Source: Patellaria atrata CBS 101060 (lineage: Eukaryota). From it: a stretch of 64,000 bases of DNA. The DNA lies in assembly GCA_010093705.1 (NCBI GenBank), contig MU006090.1, forward strand, positions 833,817 through 897,816, read 5' to 3'. A program made the position numbers and the translations under genes. Under the pieces are notes generated by a model. It saw only the letters and a program-made list of their open reading frames with translations, did not search any database and was not told the origin of the DNA. Positions 1 to 11,252 of this stretch are shown here, piece by piece; the first letter of the stretch is position 1; every line of letters begins with the position of its first letter.

Positions 1-40
1 GGGGGGGGGAACCGGAGCCACATGGCGCCTCCCGCTCCTG

Positions 41-90
41 CTGATCTTCCGTTTCTGATCTTTCCGTTCCTGATCTTTCCGTTCCTGATC
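41..90. repeat. Short tandem repeat, ~3 copies of 15-bp CTGATCTTTCCGTTC
   Basis: Visible directly: ctgatcttccgtttctgatctttccgttcctgatctttccgttcctgatc. On the minus strand it could encode DQERK repeats in an ORF starting at 159 that runs off the window edge. Confidence 0.75.
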
Positions 91-949
91 CTGAGGGCTT
101 GGGCTTGGGGGTCTTGGGCTGACTGGACTTTGTCGGAAGTTTTCATGAAAAGGGACCATAATCCTCGTACCTTACCGTGTGTACCCCTAAGAAGTACTTG
201 TACACGATTATATTGTACAACGAAACGTACATTAGAAGCGCGTCTGGAGAGCTGATGGCGGACGTACAGTACCATAACTCTACTGTACAGCTTACATGGC
301 TGTACATGGCTTTGTTCGTCGCTCAACTTGTCAGAGTACCAGGAGAAGGTGCTGGAAATGTCAAAGGTTAGAAATGAGGCACAAAGTAAACTTGACGGAT
401 AGGTACGGTATAGAGGAGTCGTACAATCTACGCCCGAACGGATGCAGATATGATAGCACAGCGTCTGATGTTCCTGTGCTGATGGAAACGATCCCGTATC
501 AATTGACCGATTGGTATTGTCCTGTAGTACGACATGCTGCATGCTCATTTGCACGTACGGTATCTGTACTGTACTCTACGCTATCTTTCTAACGCTTTCT
601 ACATCTCAAACGACAATTACCGAAGTCAACTATGCCCAACGATAGGACCTGGGCCTCTTCAGCATATGCCACTCCATGCTTTATTCTTCCTTTGGGTTCT
701 ACAATGCAAGCTTTCTTTCCGTGGTGGTTATGGAGGCATGAGCCCAATGAATAAGTCGCTTCGTAGGAAAGCAACCTTATCGTATAATTGAAAACAAACC
801 AATTACCGACCGTCCCTGAAATTAGACTCCGATTAACCCAATTAACTCCTCCTATGAATACGAAGCGTGAATATTATGAGCTGTGACGCTATATCGCCCA
901 CATGGACGATGACACCAGGCCTCTATCCAAGCCTAGCTTACATCCCGAA

Positions 950-2413
950 TCAATCAAAGTTGAAGAGCACACTGATACTCTCTCCATGATGGACCCGTCT
1001 AATTGCCTATGTATCATCAGTAATCAATCTCGGATATCGTTCGTGAGAATAACTCACCTCTGCAAATACATGCCCTACATCGAGGACTTCGAGTTTGGGG
1101 CATCTACTCTTGTGCTCAGTCTGGTCTACACTATTCGTGACAACGACCTTATCAAGTGCACTCGCATTGATACGATCGATAGCATCTCCACTCAGTACGC
1201 CATGCGTGACGAGGGCATATACTCTAGTTGCCTTTTCTTTCTTGAGTAGCTTAGCAGCTCGCGTAATCGTGTTCGACGTATCAGCGAGGTCGTCGATGAG
1301 AATAGCCGTGCGGTCTGCCACGTCACCAACCAGCATCATTGTCGCATTTTGACGGTCGGTGATCTGTGTAGGACGTCGTTCCTTTGAATTTTCTTTTAGA
1401 AGAGCAACCAAAACGTAGAAGAGAGATTTACAAACCTTGTGAATCAAAGCAAAAGGCATTCCCAGAGCATCAGCAATGGCTGTGGCTCGCTTCGCTCCAC
1501 CAGCATCCGGACTTACGATCACCGCGTTCTGGAAGTTCGGGATCTGATATTGGATGTATCGCCTCAGAAGTGGACGACCGTACAGATTATCTACCGGAAT
1601 GTCGAAGAACCCCTGGTATTGCGGGTCATGGAGGTCCATGGTGATGACATGATCTGTGCCCGCGCATGTCAAGAGATCCGCAACGAGAGTACCAGCTTGG
1701 GCAACCCATTGCTTATAACCACGTTGTGGCGCGAAATCTGAAGGTTTGTGGGCGATAGCTTTCTCAGCGTTACCGTTCACACCGTTGGTGACCCCGTTCA
1801 CTTGGCCAGGAACGAAGTAGTCTGAGTTAGTTGACTTCATCGAGTCCAATGTATCACTACGCTTCTTCTGAAGATCACCGTTTGGGTGGGAAGTTTTCGT
1901 AGGGCTATCACAGTTCTGCGGGCCACTCCGTCGTCCATCGATGACCAACTTGCTAAGGGGCTTGTGCAAGCTCTCCAGTCCATCGCTCAAGCCCTGACTT
2001 CTCGGTCCGCCTGGATATGGTGTTTGAGGGCGACTATCGAAGGTATATCCATTTGAGCGAACGGACTGTGTAGAGTTCCTTGCTAGGGGAGCTCCCGATT
2101 TGTTGTAGGGAATATCACTCTGACGTGAGTATGGGAAAAGAGGGAGCACGACGGTTACGCGTTTCGCCGATGCTGTCTTGCATGCTGATACGGTAATGAG
2201 CAATTCCATAAGATGATCGTTCACCTTGCCTCCACCAGATTGTATTATGAACACATCCTTTCCACGGACGGACTCCTGGATCTCGACTCGAGTTTCGCCG
2301 ACTGCAAATTTGCTGAGAAGAATCTTTGCCGGGGGTATACCAAGGTGGTTACAGATGGTTTCAGTGAGTTGAGGATGGGAACTTCCCCCAAGAACTACGA
2401 TGTTGCGCACCAT
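950..2413 (-). CDS. PRS5: Ribose-phosphate pyrophosphokinase (PRPP synthetase), Prs5-type with long non-homologous insertion
   Basis: MVRNIVVLGG, FAVGETRV, PLFPYSRQ, MDLHDPQYQGFFDIPVDNL, VSPDAGGAKRA and ILIDDLADTSNT motifs; long low-complexity insert after YSRQ; introns 1435-1382 and ~1057-1007; last exon AIRRVHHGESISVLFNFD*. Confidence 0.93.
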
Positions 2414-4165
2414 TGCGACACAGAAGGGTTGAAAGAGGTCTGAAGAGTTGTAGAGCACGAGAGCTCTGAAATTTTAGAAATTGTCAAGGTAGTAAGTTCG
2501 GTACCGAGTACTGGGCGAAGATCGGGTTGGAGAAGGCTTATTGTGGGGGGAAACCGGACGATAAGCTAGAGCGCGATGCTATACCGATATCCTCGAACAG
2601 TCAGAGACTGGGTGTTATGTTAGGTTAACATCGCAGTCTATAAGTGACAGCGTACCACGCAAAGTAGTTGAATCTAAGATTCATGTTTCAGGAATGAAGT
2701 TGAATTGAATGAGATAAGGTGGTGACTTGGTCAGCGAGATGTGAATGCCGGGAGGATGATGTGAAAGGCATAAAGTAAGAAAAAAAAAAAAAGCTGGAGC
2801 TCGCCTAGAGCGGCTGTCAACCAAGGATATGGCGCCATTGCCGAAGACGCCAGAGTTCAGAATGGAGGGGAACCAGCACCGTGACCGCCAGTCCTCTTTT
2901 TCCCTTGTTCGGCGTTGTAAAACTACAAAGGTTATCTCTTCAATCTTTTTTCCCTTTCGACCTGCTGCATGTTGACGGCCTTGTATCACGTCTCAACGGT
3001 TTATATATACCGCATCAGAAAGCCCATGGCCAATGGACGTTTTGCGTAACCTCGTCTGGAAGTACGCCTAGCTATTCCCAAGCAATCAGAACGACATATT
3101 GACTCACGCGCCTTGCCTTCCGATTGATGCCCTTGAGAAATGCAAAACATATTTCTGAATCTCAGCCTTGTCACTACCTTAGGAGCATATGAAATATATA
3201 CTCGGGAAGATCAGCTTCCATCGTCTCTTCACATTTTGCTGACATGTCCTGACGGCGCGCTCCGATTGCGCACACAACCTAAGGCATGGCTGGACTAGGA
3301 CCCTCTGACGGAGAGGTTACCTCGTGTTACATCCAGCACAGAGGGATCTCGAAGCTCAGAAGCGTCAGCGATAAGAAGCCATGTATCCAGCTTGTCGAAA
3401 ACAGGAGGGTTTACAGAGAAGAACTCTTTGCTCTCTGTATAGGTGAATTATGGCTCTCTCTACTCTCACTTCAATCGGAATTTCTATCAATATCTCTATC
3501 AAAGTGTCAGTGGAATTTGCACCCTTACTCATCCTCATCTAGTTTCAGACGGTAAGTATGGCAGAGTTCATAAATCAAGCTATAACGTTGAGTATCCTCC
3601 AAGTCAGACATCTTTTCATATAAAGGCATCGGACGCTAAAGCTGTAGGCACGGGAATAAAGTATTCCCCACAAGAAAGATGTACAGAGGAATGCAAGTCT
3701 TAGGATATGCACATTCGATCCTTCTCGTCTCTATAGCATTAGAGCTAGGGGCGGAATTACCTCCGCCAGGAGCTCCCTATATCAATTTCAACCTAAATTT
3801 CCATCTTAGGGAAAATCTATGGATATTTCTCGAGTTCAAATCATTGTCAATGTACTCTTGGTGGGTAGTGCTGCCTTCCCTTTACATGTACGGGAGGGGT
3901 GTCAGTTACCTTAAGTAGCTGTCCCCTTAGGTAATTTGTATCAACAGAAGTAACCCCCCCCGCACGACGTCATATAAACTGACCTTCTCGCCAGTTCCCT
4001 CTCAAAGCCATTCCATACTAAAACAATTCTATACTCTGGAACTAATAAATACTCACAAATCATTTCATACTGCCAAATCATTCCATACTCTCAAACACCC
4101 ACGCTCACAATATATCCCACTTCCAGCCATCCTAACAATTAACCCTTCAGTCAACACATACTATA

Positions 4166-4816
4166 ATGGAAAACCTGGTCGATGCCCTCCTCGAGACTAT
4201 CCGCTCAACCACCGAGCGCTTCGAACGCCTCAAAAACCTTATCACGCCAACCCACATCTTCTTCTACGGCTACGAGCTCCAAGTCCCCGAAGGGACGCTC
4301 CAGCAATGGTATCCGTCCTCCTTCCTCGAAATCCACCCCGAGTCATTCCCCTACGCCCCGCTTGCAGACTTCGGCGGCATAATCCGATACCAGACCGCGG
4401 AGCACTACATGATGTACCACAAAGCGCTGTTCTTCAGGGACCTCCACGCCGCACGCGCCATCCTCGCCGCCCACACGCCCGCCGAAGCCAATTCGATCGG
4501 CAGAAAGATCCAAGGGTTCGATCGCAACCTGTGGGTCAGGGAGCGGGATAAGATTGTGGGCAGGGGCAATTGGCTCAAGTTTACCCAGGTCGAGGAGTGT
4601 AGACGCGCGCTGCTGGCGACGGGGAATAAGATCCTCGTCGAGGCAAGTCCTGACGATAGGACGTGGGGGATTGGGTTTTGGGCTGAGGATGCGGAGGGGA
4701 GGGAGGAGGAGTGGGGGGAGAATAGGCTTGGGAAGGCGTTGATGAAGGTTAGGGATCGGTTGAGGAGGGAGGGCTGGGAATTACAACAGGGGGTTAATGA
4801 TATAGGGGGGATATGA
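4166..4816 (+). CDS. NADAR (YbiA/DUF1768) family protein, intronless
   Basis: FFYG..LQQWYPSSF, YQTAEHYMMYHKALFF, GRKIQGFD..W, KFTQ..LLATG..LVEASPDDRTWGIG, WGENRLGKALMKVR; TATA-like CATATAAA at ~3971. Confidence 0.92.
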   Translation: MENLVDALLETIRSTTERFERLKNLITPTHIFFYGYELQVPEGTLQQWYPSSFLEIHPESFPYAPLADFGGIIRYQTAEHYMMYHKALFFRDLHAARAILAAHTPAEANSIGRKIQGFDRNLWVRERDKIVGRGNWLKFTQVEECRRALLATGNKILVEASPDDRTWGIGFWAEDAEGREEEWGENRLGKALMKVRDRLRREGWELQQGVNDIGGI

Positions 4817-5117
4817 GTATCGGGTGGAAGAAGTGGAGGGAAAGCCGCAAATGAATAGTCGTACTCAACGAGCATCACGCGAAAACGTCTATCCAGAACC
4901 AATCCATGCATCAGAGTTTCCCGATCGGGTACTGTTGCAGAATGTGAAGATCGCAATTCGGAGCCGGCCCGGTCTTGGCATCTCCCGATGAGATCAAGAA
5001 AGGCATAATGAAATATATCTCATTACCTCCCACACCTTATAGATGCTAAAAACATCCAAACCTATCATTATCACCACCTCACCTTTCCCGTCTTCGTCAT
5101 AACCTCCCCGTTCCTCC

Positions 5118-5440
5118 CCACCATTTCACGAAGCCGGAAGCAAAGTACGTACAGGTCGGAATGCAGCCGCACCCTCGATTGTCATTCGATATCGCTTCAC
5201 GCTTTCTCTTACCCAAATTTCTAGGTGGTGGGGAAAGGGAATTCGTGTTTTGTAAGACGGGTACTGATCAGGAGACGTTCAAGGAGATTGGGAAGATTGT
5301 CGCCGAATGAAAGGTTAAGCCAATCGTGAGCGAAAGGTTTGCGACGGAAGATGCGCAAAGGGCGATTCGAAAGCTAAGATCAGGACAGACGAAAGGTAAA
5401 CCAGTTGTTCGGATTGCATCAGATATGAAAGGTGAACTAG
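5118..5440 (+). pseudogene. C-terminal remnant of an MDR/zinc-ADH-like (RTN4IP1-type) oxidoreductase
   Basis: Manual translation HHFTKPEAKYVQVG..FLLPKFLGGGEREF..EIGKIVAE*KVKPIVSERF..EDAQRAIRKLRSGQTKGKPVVRI resembles the ADH_zinc_N_2 tail. In-frame TGA at 5308-5310 where Gly is expected; no N-terminal part found. Confidence 0.7.
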
Positions 5441-5870
5441 CTGTTAGGACTGAATCAGATATGAAAGGTCAAAATCAGTGCTGGGGGGTATGACTAAGAT
5501 CAGGATTTATAATTGAAGTATCTAGTTGTACGAATGGGAAGGAGAAGAAAAGACTAATTGAATGGGGTATGAAACGTTAAGCTAAAATGAACGATAATAC
5601 GACAGTAACGATGGAGAGAGACAATCTATGTCAAAGGGTAAACGCAATAACACCAGGTCATGCGACGCCGACTCCTAATATCAATCGTACCACTAAGTTG
5701 ATTAATGGAATATCTTCTTTCTGTGTTATTAAAATGGTTCAGGGATGGTATAACCGTTATGATATCAAAGAGGCGCACCAACAGAACTAACTAGAGCTGG
5801 TGGAGTCGAGTCGTCGGTTTTACTTTTGTCTATGTTAGCTATTTGATATCCAAACTGTTACTGCAATAAC

Positions 5871-6773
5871 TCACAGGTCCACAACGATCTGGGCGAAACG
5901 TTGTTTGCTCGGATAGAACGGCTTGAACGGCCTGCCACTAGGGTGAATCTCTTCGCATGTTTCTGCAGAGAACTCGGAGACCAGAAGCGCTCTGAACGGT
6001 TCTGGTGGGTAGAACCACGCTTTCTCCACAGCATCACTAGTAGTTTTGATTTGGATGGCTCGGTATCCTTCAGCAGCGGCTTCTCGCATAACGAAACGGG
6101 ATAACATTGTCATCAGACCTTGACCAGCATAGTCCTGTCGAGTGCAAGTTCCTGCTCGCATCAAGATGTCTTTGGGTCCAATCGGCTGCCACTCCTTAGC
6201 ATTTGGAGCTATGTGGGACTCGAGATTGCTAGAAACGGTTTCGATGAGGGGCATCTGGTCGCATAAGGGCCTCAATCGCTCAGGATCCAGGGGCTGGGCT
6301 CCATCACAGGACAAGGCGAATGCCACGAGGGGAAAGTCCATTTCCCGGAGGAGAAAGTGGCCATCGACGTCGTGATGTTCGAGGTCATCCTCATCCCAGT
6401 AGAGAGCACCCCCAACCGAGGCGGACTCTGGATGTTTGTAGACATATTGTTTGTCGAACACTCCAAAGCTCATCCCGGAGTTTATCTGATGCTCCACGAG
6501 GTATGAGACATCGTTGAAGAACTGATAGCAGCGTTGTTCTTTGTGATCGGGATAGACGACGGGCCATACTGAGCTGCAGAAGATGGTACAGTGAGCACTG
6601 ATGGCCTTCACCCACTCGATGTGTTCAGGACTCAGTCTCCGAATTTCATATCTGGATGTGAGGTTGGGATCGGTCATGGTAGGTCTGGATGACTGTTGTG
6701 AAATCATATTTCCAAAAGAAGGATTATACTTGATAGACGTAAGAAATTGAAAAGGAAAAGGATGAGCCGGCAT
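5871..6773 (-). CDS. Fungal GNAT-like acyltransferase-fold protein (true start may be a downstream ATG near 6707 or 6677)
   Basis: 300-aa ORF; TCTRQDYAGQGLMTML resembles the acetyl-CoA-binding motif A, followed by REAAAEGYRAIQI. Confidence 0.75.
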   Translation of the reverse strand: MPAHPFPFQFLTSIKYNPSFGNMISQQSSRPTMTDPNLTSRYEIRRLSPEHIEWVKAISAHCTIFCSSVWPVVYPDHKEQRCYQFFNDVSYLVEHQINSGMSFGVFDKQYVYKHPESASVGGALYWDEDDLEHHDVDGHFLLREMDFPLVAFALSCDGAQPLDPERLRPLCDQMPLIETVSSNLESHIAPNAKEWQPIGPKDILMRAGTCTRQDYAGQGLMTMLSRFVMREAAAEGYRAIQIKTTSDAVEKAWFYPPEPFRALLVSEFSAETCEEIHPSGRPFKPFYPSKQRFAQIVVDL

Positions 6774-7606
6774 CTTGACTAAAGCAGATCGTATATATGT
6801 ATGTCGTCAAAAATCACCGAGAACTCTGTATCATACCCCTACATTTGGAGAGTTCCAGCATCACATTTTAAACAATTCTGAAGCTGTACTCGTTTTGATG
6901 GCCCAGAGGTCTTCTTGTTCATAATCTGTTTGTAAAACAACCTGGAGGAAGAATAGGATCACTGGGTCCATGAGGCGGCCTGATGCCAATGCCTCGTTCA
7001 TCCAACCTCTTCTAGATCTCATTGCGAATGTTGAACTATTCACGATGCAATAGTCGAAGAGCTGTAAGTGGATGGACGACACGCTATTGGGTCGTGTTTC
7101 ATTCTTCCAATCGCTGTTATAGAATGTTTCGGAGCAGATGTCCAGATGAGAGAAAAAAGATCGATAGCTTTAAAATCCTGCCGACCCCAAAACGTTTCGG
7201 CACCGGGTCAGCAACTCAGCAGTTGTAAGCGTTTAAGCGAGCGATCCCGGCCGATCCCTAGGGAGAAATCTAGTGCTCAGGTACGGCAGCCTTACGGGAC
7301 CTTACGTACGGAAGTTGTACCTTCCACCTCACATTCCTATATCAAGTGTGGCGCGCCCAAATACCAAGATGAGTGGCTTACAAACTAGAGGCAACAAGGT
7401 TGATTTTCATAAGACTAAATGATGAAGATTGCTCGAATATTATTGCAACTAAGATTATGCTCATCATTAGCTGGTTCGCCTCGGCCACCTGACTTTTTAT
7501 CTCATCGTTGCTTCAAAAAGGCTCTCATGTCCGCACCGGCGACTTAGAGTTTCATCACATCAAACCCCACTGCGCAATACATATTCACGTGAAAGACCAG
7601 TTGCGT

Positions 7607-8062
7607 CTAGCAAAGCGTGAGAGTGAGCGATGCAGCTGACCCACAGACATAGGTATGGCTTCCAGCTGGTCGAACGCCCTGCTCCCATACAATTTTCCCA
7701 CAACTACCATCCGACGGGGTAACCACAAGTTTCTTGCCACTGAAGGGATCTCCAAAGACATCGTTCAAGTCGTACCAGACGTTGTTACCGTCCAAGGTGT
7801 ATCCGAAGTTGGTCTGCGGCGAACCGTTGTACAGCCCATCAGCTGACGTGGTGATTTTGAGAGTGATTCCTCCTGATTTTGGATCCCAGTGAAGAGCTTC
7901 ACTATAGGACTGTCCCGTTTTCAAAGCATGTTGCGCAGAAACGCTAGACCCAACTGACCAGACGTATGCGGTCGCAGGGCATCGGTTGGTAACAACAGCG
8001 TTACCCACAGCGTTCACAATAGGAGCTGCCATTGTGGCAAGAGTAAGAAGTGAGAAGCGCAT
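7607..8062 (-). CDS. bys1: BYS1-domain secreted protein (Blastomyces yeast-phase-specific family)
   Basis: Signal peptide, GNAVVTNRC..YVWSVG, GGITLKIT..GLYNGSPQTNFGYTL..VWYDLNDVFGDPF, C-terminal LTLTLC; TATA (TTTATATAAA) at ~8190. Confidence 0.9.
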   Translation of the reverse strand: MRFSLLTLATMAAPIVNAVGNAVVTNRCPATAYVWSVGSSVSAQHALKTGQSYSEALHWDPKSGGITLKITTSADGLYNGSPQTNFGYTLDGNNVWYDLNDVFGDPFSGKKLVVTPSDGSCGKIVWEQGVRPAGSHTYVCGSAASLTLTLC

Positions 8063-9723
8063 ATTGATAGTGGAGAATAAGTTTCTGATAGATGGTGGAG
8101 AGTAAGCTTTTGTGATGAGATAAGCGAGTGATTGTTTTCTTGTGTGTATTGTGATGATGTTTTGTAGCCTTCAGAGAGAAATGGAACTCTTTTATATAAA
8201 TTTTACGGCCGGCAATGATGCTACTCATTGTTTTGCTCTATACGAGAATTACTACCTCACCGCTGCTTCATTTGTGAGGGGTTTATTGTTCGTCCATGAT
8301 TCTAGTAACCAAAATACTTAGAGGAAGTAAGATCTACAAATAGAGTAGCAAACACGAACTCGTGTCTCTATTGAAAAGTAATGAAATACGTGAAACTTTC
8401 CGGATCGAGCCAGCATCCAGGTTTGGGGTTTCGTTCAACGTCGTCAATCTAGGGTTAGTATCAGGGTTGTGCTACTATTATGTACAGCAAACTTGCTCCA
8501 TTGCAACTCGTAACTACGTCCGAACGGGTGGAGCCATTCCATCAGGATAGGAATATACGAGCTTACCTGGGTCCTGAGAGTATATTGTTGGACCACACTC
8601 ACGCACATGTATCGTTTTACAAGCATGATAGATATTGAGAGGACTTGAAAACGAGGTGGATCTTCTTAGAGAGCCTATGATTTTCCGGAAAATATGCCGC
8701 AGACGGATATCACATTCTCTTTGTGTCTTGAAGGTGTTGAAGAGGTTACATGACTTTGTTTGAACCCAGTCCAAAAGCTGCGATGAAAGTGGAAAGGATT
8801 TACACTCACTATTCCTTCGGCAACTCGTTAATATCGAACACGAGGACAGAACGCAAGTGACTGAACATAAGCATATGATAGGGCAACGCAACGACGTTCG
8901 AAGAAGCATGGAGTTACGCTTTAAGTTTCCTCAAGTAATGAGTACGTCAAAACAAGAACCGCATCGGACAAGGCCGGTGCGATGGGAAACCGATGGATTC
9001 TACACGTGAGAAATCTACTCCAGCACCTTCAGCTCGGAATCGTGGACAAAAGAAGACTCTATTGCTATGTGTACAATTATCAATTGTCCTACATACGAAA
9101 TATTTTGAAAGAGGTAATATCTCCGTTGGAAACGAGGGTTCGAATAATAGATGCTGTTGTTTGTTCATGATCCTCTAAGTGGCCGTGCAAAAGTCACGGG
9201 ACAATCCGATGTTCTATAGATAGACTGATGCTACGGACCAACAACTGAGGGCAAGGCCTAATAGAAGACCGGAAGGGATCAAACGAAGCAGCCTTCCACT
9301 GGAGAAAAACTCGACTAGAGCGCTCCAGGTCTGTCTTCACCAGAGAAAATACCCACGGCTGGCTTTGTTGCCTAGGAAGGATCCATACAGACGTTTCGAC
9401 GTAACCAAACTTTGCCCTGGTGAAAAGACCTAAAAGTAAAGATGTAATGGCTGAGCATGAACATCAGCCCCAGTATAGATTCATAACGGGATAGCGGGGT
9501 CCAGCACCATCAGCGTGCAGAGTGCTGATTGCTGAGTAAAGTTGGAGGTTGGAAGATGCAAAAGAGTAGACTAACTTTAAGTGCACTGGCGCACTTTTGC
9601 CGCCAAGATTCGCTTGAGTTCCAACAATCACATCAATTTTTGTTATCACCAAATTTGTTCCACGCCGAAAGACACCATCGACAACAACTTCTCCACGGTC
9701 CAAATACTTCGACGACCGACACA

Positions 9724-10915
9724 ATGGTAAGCATCCTCCAGGGCTTTTCTGAAGCCTATGCCTTCTAGTCACGCGACGAACTCATTGTTGGTCCTTTGGA
9801 TCCCCTTGATGCTCTGGTATGGCTCATTCCATCAACCCATGTTCAGCATTGCTGAGTGGGATTGATGATGAATATGGCTTGAGCGGAAATGTGCAGCAAT
9901 GCATCTTCTTAGCTCTTTAGAGACTTTAGAAGATTCAGTGAACAAGATTCGCTAATCTTCTCTTCTCAATGACAGCCTCCAAAATCGGGAAAGAAAGTAG
10001 CCGCAGCTCCATTCCCCCAGGGGAAGGCTGGCACAAAGAAGCAAGCCAAGGTAGGTTACTATTCTCTCATTCCCTACGACTCCTCTAATACGTATCTCCT
10101 AGAACCCTCTCCTCGAGAAGCGACCTCGCAACTTCGGTATCGGCCAAGACATTCAACCTAGGCGAAACCTTTCGCGCATGGTGAAGTGGCCCGAGTATGG
10201 TACGTGTAGTTAAATCACTAGCTTACGCATCCCTTCTAATGTGATACAGTCCGTCTACAACGCCAGAAGAAGATCCTCAATCTCCGTCTCAAGGTTCCTC
10301 CCGCGATTGCACAGTTCCAGCAGGTCCTTGATCGGAACACCGCTGCCCAGGCCTTCAAGCTCCTTACCAAGTATCGCCCTGAGACTAAAGCAGAAAAGAA
10401 GGAGCGTCTACACAAAGAAGCAACCGCCGTCTCTGAGGGCAAGAAGAAAGAGGATGTCAGCAAGAAGCCTTACGCTGTCAAGTATGGATTGAACCACGTT
10501 GTCGGTTTGATCGAAAACAAGAAGGCGTCTCTCGTATTCATTCCCAACGACGTTGATCCCATCGAATTGGTTATTTTCCTCCCTGCCCTTTGCCGCAAGA
10601 TGGGCGTCCCATACGCTATCATTAAGGGCAAAGCCAGACTTGGTACCGTCGTTCACAAGAAGGTAAAGTTCTCGATGTCTGATTTTCTCATCCACTTGCT
10701 GATCATTCCTTAAGACTGCCGCTGTTGTTGCTTTGACCGAAGTCCGTAGCGAGGACAAATCCGAGTTCTCCAAGCTCGTTTCCGCCATCAAGGAGGGCTA
10801 TGGAGCTAAGTCGGAAGAGAGCAGGCGTCACTGGGGTGGTGGTATTATGGGTGCTAAGGCAAACGCTAGGCAGGACAAGAAGCGCAAGGCTTTGGAAAAC
10901 GCTATCAAGATCTAG
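9724..10915 (+). CDS. RPL8: 60S ribosomal protein eL8 (L8/L7a), multi-exon
   Basis: ATG-only first coding exon, 249-nt intron 9727-9975, then [76 protein letters not shown]. Confidence 0.97.
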
Positions 10916-11188
10916 ATGTGACGATGACTTAGCATTGGGATATGGCGTATGGCTTGTGAAAATACCACAATTGAGCGGCACTGTTTTCGGACGGAACAAC
11001 ATCATTCATCCTTCTTGTGCTCCCAAAAATGCCAAAGTCGTCTTCCCTGTCGTCTCTATGCGTGATAATACTTCCATTCAAGTCCACACTTATAAACTTA
11101 TATGCTTGTTGCGCATCAGTAAGACAGTATTACCGCGGTAGGTAGTGCGGGGTTAATTTTATTGACGTTGCGCTGCCGTCCTCTCACC

Positions 11189-11210
11189 AACGCGACATAA
11201 TTCAACGCGT
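11189..11210. promoter_or_regulatory. MCB-like elements (ACGCGA and ACGCGT) just upstream of the 11253 gene
   Basis: aacgcga at 11189-11195 and a perfect ACGCGT at 11205-11210, ~45 bp before the ATG. Confidence 0.45.
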
Positions 11211-11252
11211 CTCAAGGGCTCGTCACCGCTCTCGCTCAAGGTCGGTATTGTA

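Noticed and set aside
41..90. Repeat as a CRISPR-like array
   Set aside because: Head-to-tail 15-mers with no spacers, in a eukaryotic genome with no cas genes.
1..159. Minus-strand ORF MVPFHENF..DQERKDQERK running off the window
   Set aside because: Truncated, low complexity and ending in a homopolymer; a gene call cannot be supported.
3286..3918. Short ORFs upstream of NADAR as a possible DarT-like toxin
   Set aside because: No ADP-ribosyltransferase motifs and no coherent gene structure.
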